Below, in pieces: positions 48,998-55,145 of a DNA stretch of 55,145 nucleotides. The position numbers were made by a program, and so were the translations under genes. The notes under the pieces were generated by a model. The model saw nothing but the letters and a program-made list of their open reading frames with translations. It was not told where the DNA came from and ran no database searches. Within the stretch, counting starts at the first letter, position 1; each line of letters opens with the position of its first letter. The DNA is from an uncultured Mycoplasmatota bacterium (GTDB taxonomy: Bacteria > Bacillota_I > Bacilli_A > RF39 > UBA660). Where the stretch lies: positions 1-55,145 of the forward strand of contig CAMKMS010000004.1 of NCBI GenBank assembly GCA_946413985.1, given 5' to 3'.

Positions 48998-49954
48998 ATG
49001 AAAAATGAAATTGTTATTTTTGAAAATCAAAATGTAAGATTGGAGGTGAGTTTAAAAGATGAAACAGTTTGGTTGTCTTTAGAACAAATATCAAAATTAT
49101 TTGAAAGGGATAGAACTGTAGTTTTAAGACATATCAACAATATTTTTAAAGAGGGAGAATTAAATAAAGAAGAGGTAATTGCAAAATTTGCACATACCAC
49201 TTTACATGGAGCAATTGAAAATAAAACACAAACAAGGATGCTAGATTTTTATAATTTAGATGTAATAATATCAGTTGGTTATCGTGTTAAATCTAAGAAT
49301 GGTATTATTTTTAGAAAATGGGCAAGTAGTATTTTAAAAGATTATATGTTAAAAGGTTTAGCTATAAATAATAAAAGATTAGAATTTTTAGAAAGAAGTG
49401 TAAAATTAATTGAAATAGCAAATAGGGGAACTGATAGGATAAGTGACTCTGAGGCTAAAGACATATTAAATGTAATAGGACAATATACTAAATCGCTAGA
49501 TTTGCTTGATGATTATGATCATAGATCTCTAACAAAAGTTAAAGGTAATAAAGATAGTAGAATTATTGCATATAATGATTGCTTAGAATTAATATCTAAA
49601 TTAAAGTTTAATAATGATAGTAATGTATTTGGAATAGAAAGAAATCATGGACTAGAGTCAATTATAAATGATATATATCTAACATTTGATGGAAAGGATG
49701 TATATGATAGTATAGAATTAAAAGCATGTAATTTCTTATATACTTTAATTAAAAATCATCCATTTGTTGATGGTAATAAAAGAATAGCAGCAACATTATT
49801 TATATACTTTTTAAATTATTATGGATTGTTATATAAAAATGAAAAGCAAATAATTGATAATAATACACTTACTGCTATGACTCTTTTAATAGCAGAATCA
49901 AGTCCAAAAGAAAAAGAGATAATTATAGATTTAGTTATGAATTTTTTAAATTAA
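48998..49954 (+). CDS. RhuM-family N-domain fused to Fic/Doc domain
   Basis: ETVWLS..ISKLF, RHINNIF, YNLDVIISVGYRVKS...FRKWA (RhuM); HPFVDGNKRIA (Doc-type Fic motif). True start ATG 48998 behind AAAGGAGG. Confidence 0.92.
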   Translation: MKNEIVIFENQNVRLEVSLKDETVWLSLEQISKLFERDRTVVLRHINNIFKEGELNKEEVIAKFAHTTLHGAIENKTQTRMLDFYNLDVIISVGYRVKSKNGIIFRKWASSILKDYMLKGLAINNKRLEFLERSVKLIEIANRGTDRISDSEAKDILNVIGQYTKSLDLLDDYDHRSLTKVKGNKDSRIIAYNDCLELISKLKFNNDSNVFGIERNHGLESIINDIYLTFDGKDVYDSIELKACNFLYTLIKNHPFVDGNKRIAATLFIYFLNYYGLLYKNEKQIIDNNTLTAMTLLIAESSPKEKEIIIDLVMNFLN

Positions 49955-49971
49955 TGTGATATATTATATTT

Positions 49972-50066
49972 GGAATTGAATTCCTTTTTATGTGACCCCT
50001 AGTCAAATATGGTAATACTTGATGTGCCATTTAGAATATTAGTCGAACTAAAATAGTTCGATTTTT
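49972..50066 (+). ncRNA. Candidate small RNA B
   Basis: TGaTATATT (49957-49965); hairpins GGAAT/ATTCC, TGAC/GTCA, ATGGTA/TGCCAT; terminator GTCGAACTA-AAA-TAGTTCGAT-TTTT. Confidence 0.5.
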
Positions 50067-50075
50067 AATTTTTTA

Positions 50076-50104
50076 TTTACAAACAAATATTTGCGTTATA
50101 TAAT
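50076..50104 (+). promoter_or_regulatory. Sigma-A promoter of rhuM leader (copy 2)
   Basis: TTTACA-17 bp-TATAAT. Confidence 0.8.
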
Positions 50105-50110
50105 TAATAT

Positions 50111-50231
50111 GTAATAATTACCTGCCAAGAGTTATTATGACAATTAGATTGACTAGGGTTTTCTATTTAAGGCAAGATAAATAGATTGCAAGCATGCGGA
50201 GATATACTATAAATAGTATGTCTCCTTTTTT
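50111..50231 (+). ncRNA. Structured leader RNA with kissing loops and terminator (copy 2)
   Basis: Same helices as copy 1 (loop CCTGCC vs GGCAAG); terminator GGAGATATACTA/TAGTATGTCTCC-T6 with a compensatory change. Confidence 0.75.
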
Positions 50232-50270
50232 GTTGATCCATGTAAATAGCGATTGAAAAGGAGGTAAATT

Positions 50271-50633
50271 ATGAAAAATGAAATTGTTATTTTTGAAAAC
50301 CAAAATGTAAGATTGGAGGTGAATTTGAAAGATGATACTGTTTGGTTAAATTCAAATCAAATATCTGATTTGTTTGATAGAGATTTTAAAACAATTAGAA
50401 AACATATTAATAATGCTTTAAAGGAAGAATTAGATAATTCAGCTATCGCAAAATTTGCGACAGTTCAACAAGAAGGAAGTAGAAAAATTAAACGTAATAT
50501 TGAATATTACAATTTAGATATGATAATTAGTGTTGGTTATCGAGTTAAATCTAAAAATGGTATTATTTTTAGAAAATGGGCAACTAGTGTTTTAAAAGAA
50601 AATAAGTACAGGATAAAAGGAAAGCTTGTTTAA
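50271..50633 (+). CDS. RhuM-family domain only (truncated paralog lacking Fic)
   Basis: MKNEIVIFENQNVRLEV identical to copy 1; YNLDMIISVGYRVKS..FRKWATSVLK, then unrelated tail and stop. Confidence 0.8.
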   Translation: MKNEIVIFENQNVRLEVNLKDDTVWLNSNQISDLFDRDFKTIRKHINNALKEELDNSAIAKFATVQQEGSRKIKRNIEYYNLDMIISVGYRVKSKNGIIFRKWATSVLKENKYRIKGKLV

Positions 50634-50697
50634 CTTAAAAATTGACAAAATGTATTACAAATGATACACTCTAATATGAAAGTGAGGAAAAGATAAA

Positions 50698-50916
50698 ATG
50701 TATAATGATCGTGTTGATCGTTGGGAGTCAGTTGCAGCGCAACATATTGCTGATGAATTAGCTGTTAAAAATATGATTGAGACACTAAAATTATCTCTAT
50801 ACAGTGATGAAGAATTTGAATATATTAAGGCTGCAATTAGAACTCATAATTTAATGAACGCTGAAAGAGTGATGAATTTTGCACAACAACAAGAGGAAAA
50901 ATCAAACGATAGATAA
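50698..50916 (+). CDS. Small hypothetical protein
   Basis: Promoter TTGACA-17-TACACT (50642-50670), RBS GAGG, terminator at 50941-50971. Confidence 0.65.
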   Translation: MYNDRVDRWESVAAQHIADELAVKNMIETLKLSLYSDEEFEYIKAAIRTHNLMNAERVMNFAQQQEEKSNDR

Positions 50917-51038
50917 AATAAATCACTAATTAAAATGTAAAAGTCACTAATAGAATAGTTAGTGCTTTTTTGTTAAATCTTTAACTAATTTAAATGTTTC
51001 AAATACAACTAATTTTTCATAATTAAAACTATCATCAT

Positions 51039-51222
51039 GCATTTTAGAAGGATTTACAACTATAGATGAATTACAACAAGGTGATAAGGCTGGGCACTAT
51101 TTAGAAACGTTTGTAATAAGTGAAATAGTTAAAAATCATAATGCAGAAGGAATTACTCTTAATATCTTTTATTATAGAGATAAAAAAATAAAATTGATTT
51201 AATTTTTGATCAAAACAATACT
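51039..51222 (+). pseudogene. Remnant of AAA+ ATPase/DUF4143 C-terminal domain
   Basis: Manual translation EGFTTIDELQQGDKAGHYLETFVISEIVKNHNAEGITLNIFYYRDK, frameshift in an A-run, then KIDLIFDQNNT; matches G.xfE.fV.sEi...fyyRd...eIDli; no start or ATPase domain. Confidence 0.7.
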
Positions 51223-51307
51223 AAATTTAAAATAAATATATGTATTTATTAATCAAATTATATCCCTATATTTTTTTAAACAAACGAATATAAAGTATGG
51301 AGTTTAT

Positions 51308-51341
51308 AAAAAAAGTCGGTTCAATTATGAATCGACTTTTT
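51308..51341. terminator. Bidirectional-type terminator, probably ending the minus-strand 911-aa gene
   Basis: AAAAAGTCGGTTCA-ATTA-TGAATCGACTTTTT. Confidence 0.75.
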
Positions 51342-51417
51342 GTTTTAAAAAATACATTTATAAAATTATCTTATTATACTTTTTAAAATATTATGAATTA
51401 TTTTAATTGAGTATAGT

Positions 51418-54153
51418 TTATTTTAGTTTTTTTATTAGTTGTGGTTCTTGTAATTGATTTCCTTTATAAGAATTTATTCTAAATTCATTTAAAGCATTAT
51501 TATATTCAGTTAAAGCTCTTTCATCATATTTTAAATAGTCACCATATATGTTTCCATCGTATGTTTTAATAATATACCAGTCTTCATTATACATACAATA
51601 AGTAAAACCGTATTTATCGCATAATTTAAAATCTTCTGCTTCTTCTAAATCACAATTTACATACCTAACTGCATTTATAATTTTTAATGCTTTTTCTTGC
51701 TCGTTTCTAGGAGATCTGAAAAAATCACAACAACATATTAATGGTCTTGGATCTTGATAACTACACTTTGGATTACCATATTTAATATTATTTAAATCTA
51801 ATTTAGGATTCTTATATATTATTGTTAAATTTTTATGATATACATCAGTTCTTCTATATGTTAAATCATCTTTTTCAAAAATAGTTGGTGTTTGTATATC
51901 ATCTGGAAATGGCTCTCCCTCTGGTCTTGCATATGCATCAGTTCCTATACATACTAGATTTATTGGATTATCTCCATTTTTATTATTTTGAGATACATTA
52001 ACAATATCTTTAATGGCTTCTTTAAACGCTTCAATTGCTTTTTCATTTATTAACTTATGTGTACACTCTATACTATTTGCAATTAAAACTTCACCATTTC
52101 TCTTTAGTGGAGCAAATCCTGCAATCTCATTATTTTGATCGTATATTATTAATATTCTACCATTTCTACATAATGTTGCATGTAATAAATGATTATGTGC
52201 TATATCATGAATTCTTATACAACAATTACCTTTATAACCAAGTGTAAATGCAATTGGATCATTTAATTTCATCATTTCATAAGAATATCCATTTGAACAA
52301 CTTCCTTTAACATATGGAATACTAGATTCTGTTCTTCTTTTCATTTGTTCATAGACATCTAATACTGATTTATAGATTTCTTCATTAGGCTTTTTTGTTT
52401 TATTTCCTAAGCATATATCATTTAATATATCATTTTCAGTTAACTTATAATTATCTGGTGACACATCATTTATATCTCTTGAGGGAGATAATTGTTTAAA
52501 TAAAATATTTAATTTTTTTAAAGTAATTTTACCATGGCATTTTTCTTTTAATTCATCGAAATTATTATATAATAAAGGCCAATATGAATATAATCCAGTA
52601 TAAGATTTATCTGATCTATGTTTAAGCATTTCTATAAAATGATTATTATTTTGACTTGAAAACATGAAATTTAAAAAATCATTAGAAAGAATTGGTAAAT
52701 ATTTATTTCCTTCGTTTTTAAATTCAACATTTTTAACATTTAAAGAACCAGCTCTTTCTAAAAACATTGCACCTACATCAGGAAACTCTTTGCTAAAAAA
52801 AGTTAAAACTCTTTCTAAACCAAAGACTAAATATAATTTAATTGCACATGAATATGTATTTGATAATTCATCTTCATAAGCAAAATAAGTTTTTTCTTGT
52901 AACTCTTTTACTATTTTATTTATATGTTTAACATTTATATATTCAATTTGTTTAAATGATATTCCATTTAAATAATCCATTCTATTAGAAGTTTTTCCAA
53001 ATTTTAAATAAAATGCAGTCTTTAATGTATCAGGACTGTGAAATAGTTTTCCAAAATCTTCTTTTGTAATACTTTTTGTTTTAAGTTTATTATACAATGC
53101 TTCTTTTAAAAGTCTTATTTCATTTTCATCTAATTCTAGATTATTACATAATATACTATATAAGAAATCTATAAAGTTATTTTTAACTATCTCATTATCT
53201 TTGCATTGATCTATAATAACATTAAAATATATATAATCAATTTCTGAAAAAAATATATAGTTTCTATTTAATAAATGTGGAAATATTTTATTAAAATCAA
53301 AATTATTACTTTTGATGAATTCAATAATACCTTTTTCTAAAAAGTCTTGTATAAATTTTTTATCAATATTTTTAAATTCTAAGAGTTCTTTTATCATTTC
53401 AGTAGTCATTAGAGATAAAGTCCTTTTATCTACAATAACTCTATCTTTTTTATAAGAATGACTTCTTTTATTCATCAAAAATTCTTTTGGATCTACTATT
53501 TTATCATAATCATCTGATAAGAGAATATGTTCACTTACATTATTAAAAATTGTAAGAATATTTCTTTTTCTTGAAATATAAGTATTAAAAATCTCTTCAT
53601 CATTTATTATATTATAAAATAGTTTTACTTCGTTTATTCCTTTAAAGAATGATGAAGAAAGTTGTTTATAAGAACATAATGCAATAATTCTTTGAAAATA
53701 TTTACTTTCAATTATTTGTTCATATATTTTTGGACTTTTAATAGAATGTAAAAAGTTTTCTAATTGTCTTAATTCTTCTTCATTAAAAGAAATTTCTTTT
53801 CTATTATAGTTATCAAATAATTCTTTTCTATTTAAAGATTGTCTTGGCGCTAGTAATAAATCTTGTGTTTTTTCATGGGAAAACATTATTTCTTGGAAAA
53901 AAGGTGGTACTTTTCTAAAAATAGTTCTTAATATTTCTGTATTATCTATATTTAATATAACATTTTGAACTGATGGAGTGTTAAATATTATTAATGCTTC
54001 TTCTTTTGTTATAGTTGGTAATATTTTTACAGCTTTTCCATTTCTAGTTTTCTGTTTATTATAACCCATACCACTTTTAGCATAATAATTGCTTATTTGA
54101 CTTAATATAGAAATCTTTTTATCTAAAGTTAATGTTTGAATATCTTGTTCCAT
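51418..54153 (-). CDS. Large hypothetical protein with a PcfJ-like/GNAT-like C-terminal region
   Basis: 911-aa ORF, RBS AGGGGG; YEMMKLNDPIAFTLGYKGNCC...RILIIYDQNNEIAGF...VLIANSIE. Confidence 0.7.
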   Translation of the reverse strand: MEQDIQTLTLDKKISILSQISNYYAKSGMGYNKQKTRNGKAVKILPTITKEEALIIFNTPSVQNVILNIDNTEILRTIFRKVPPFFQEIMFSHEKTQDLLLAPRQSLNRKELFDNYNRKEISFNEEELRQLENFLHSIKSPKIYEQIIESKYFQRIIALCSYKQLSSSFFKGINEVKLFYNIINDEEIFNTYISRKRNILTIFNNVSEHILLSDDYDKIVDPKEFLMNKRSHSYKKDRVIVDKRTLSLMTTEMIKELLEFKNIDKKFIQDFLEKGIIEFIKSNNFDFNKIFPHLLNRNYIFFSEIDYIYFNVIIDQCKDNEIVKNNFIDFLYSILCNNLELDENEIRLLKEALYNKLKTKSITKEDFGKLFHSPDTLKTAFYLKFGKTSNRMDYLNGISFKQIEYINVKHINKIVKELQEKTYFAYEDELSNTYSCAIKLYLVFGLERVLTFFSKEFPDVGAMFLERAGSLNVKNVEFKNEGNKYLPILSNDFLNFMFSSQNNNHFIEMLKHRSDKSYTGLYSYWPLLYNNFDELKEKCHGKITLKKLNILFKQLSPSRDINDVSPDNYKLTENDILNDICLGNKTKKPNEEIYKSVLDVYEQMKRRTESSIPYVKGSCSNGYSYEMMKLNDPIAFTLGYKGNCCIRIHDIAHNHLLHATLCRNGRILIIYDQNNEIAGFAPLKRNGEVLIANSIECTHKLINEKAIEAFKEAIKDIVNVSQNNKNGDNPINLVCIGTDAYARPEGEPFPDDIQTPTIFEKDDLTYRRTDVYHKNLTIIYKNPKLDLNNIKYGNPKCSYQDPRPLICCCDFFRSPRNEQEKALKIINAVRYVNCDLEEAEDFKLCDKYGFTYCMYNEDWYIIKTYDGNIYGDYLKYDERALTEYNNALNEFRINSYKGNQLQEPQLIKKLK

Positions 54154-54218
54154 TTTTCCCCCTAAAACAAATGTGTCTTATATTATATCACATAATAAAA
54201 AAATTGATAAATAAATTA

Positions 54219-55145
54219 TCAATTCTTTTGTTTTCTAAATCCTAGTGATAATATAGCTGGTTTATTTCTATCTTTTTTTATTGATTTAAAACAGTTAATA
54301 ACTAATTGAGTTCCAATAGTATCATTTGAATGTTTGTCTAAATATTCATCACTTTCAACAAATTCATGAAAACTATCATTCATATCTGTTAATAATTCAT
54401 CATCTAAAAATAAGAATGCTGATCTTAAATAACATTGTCTTAATATAGAAGATAGTTTATTATCATCATCATATTTATATTCTTCATCAAATATATCAAT
54501 CAATCTAGATATTTGTTTTGCTGCTTCTTTTGCATAAAAATCATTACTTATTGACTTATAAAATGTTAAATTAACATTGTATACATCAGCAATTAATCTT
54601 GAACTAACATAAAATGTTTTAGGAATATCAAAACTGCTACTTAACATATCAGATTCTATTGATTTATTTATAAATGCTGTATTATATTTATTAATTATAA
54701 ATTGATCTTTTTTCTCTTCATAACTTTTGCTATTAGCAAAATCTTGCATGAATGATAAGTATCCATTAATTATATCTTTTTCAAATGCATTTCTTAATTT
54801 AGCACTTTTATAATCTGAAACTCCTATATTAAATAGATTATTTATAATACGTCTATATGTTCTAACATTATAATTTTGGTTTATTGTACTTTCAACATCA
54901 TTTTCTGTATTTTCTGGTAAGTTTTGTTCCATTATATAAAATGTTAAACCAACACCACGTTCTTCATTTATATTAGCATCACTATATATTTTATTTTCTT
55001 CTTCAACTGTTTCTTTTAATAATGTAATTAATCCATTATATTCTTTTGTATTCTTTTTACCATTTAGTTCTAATTCACACATTTTTTTATATAGTGATTC
55101 AATTGATTTAGTAATAATTAATAATTTATGTATTAAATCATAATC
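54219..55145 (-). CDS. Hypothetical helical protein, 5' end beyond the window
   Basis: Frame stays open from 55082 to the window edge (DYDLIHKLLIITKSIESLYKK-MCEL...). Confidence 0.7.
   Translation of the reverse strand, partial: DYDLIHKLLIITKSIESLYKKMCELELNGKKNTKEYNGLITLLKETVEEENKIYSDANINEERGVGLTFYIMEQNLPENTENDVESTINQNYNVRTYRRIINNLFNIGVSDYKSAKLRNAFEKDIINGYLSFMQDFANSKSYEEKKDQFIINKYNTAFINKSIESDMLSSSFDIPKTFYVSSRLIADVYNVNLTFYKSISNDFYAKEAAKQISRLIDIFDEEYKYDDDNKLSSILRQCYLRSAFLFLDDELLTDMNDSFHEFVESDEYLDKHSNDTIGTQLVINCFKSIKKDRNKPAILSLGFRKQKN

Larger units (their letters stand above)
48684..49339 (+). repeat. Copy 1 of duplicated unit (sRNA + RNA leader + rhuM domain)
   Basis: Aligns with 49957-50598 across promoter, GTGCCATT, terminator, TTTACA promoter, leader RNA and RhuM coding region. 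Confidence 0.9.
49957..50598 (+). repeat. Copy 2 of duplicated unit
   Basis: Aligns with 48684-49339. Confidence 0.9.

Noticed and set aside
1115-52879. Short antisense or alternate-frame ORFs nested in long genes (e.g. 1115, 2109, 4905, 7418, 11588, 25774, 32339, 41895, 44305, 52664)
   Set aside because: They lie within or largely overlap well-supported genes, lack an RBS and have the composition of antisense shadows.
47715-55145. Prophage, ICE, integron or retron
   Set aside because: No integrase, transposase, reverse transcriptase, relaxase or phage structural gene is recognisable; only short repeats support mobility.
1-55145. Mollicute genetic code 4 (TGA=Trp)
   Set aside because: Conserved genes translate fully in code 11, Trp codons are TGG, and TGA ends engB, xseA, ecfT and the U32 genes at the expected lengths.

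Overview
Very AT-rich chromosomal segment of a genome-reduced Firmicute. Gene content and synteny suggest a Bacilli lineage such as RF39 or Erysipelotrichales-like (inference). It uses standard code 11: TGA ends engB and the U32 genes, and a tRNA-Trp(CCA) is present. About 1-47.7 kb is mostly housekeeping: T-box-pheST, frr, ackA-nrnA-engB, ecfA1-ecfA2-ecfT-truA, cysS, nusB-xseAB-spoIVB, mgtE, uppS, ireB-ruvX-DUF1292-mltG-trmR-trhP1/2, greA-tig, tex, tRNA-Ser, gltX, tRNA-Trp. Interspersed oddities are a ClpX paralog with a foreign N-domain, a four-gene orphan operon (RelE-like/HTH/mTERF-like), an ECF module with both ATPase sites degenerate, a HerA ATPase co-transcribed with an apparently inactive GH31, a secreted protein with 62-aa Cys/His repeats, and an IspH-prenyltransferase fusion. 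Downstream of tRNA-Trp (47.7-55.1 kb) is an accessory region. It holds a duplicated unit of [promoter-small RNA-terminator][promoter-kissing-loop RNA-terminator][rhuM(-Fic/Doc)], a DUF4143 remnant and large orphan genes. The best candidates for undescribed systems are the RNA-leader/RhuM-Doc unit and the HerA + pseudo-GH31 operon. All family assignments come from motif recognition by eye; no searches were run.
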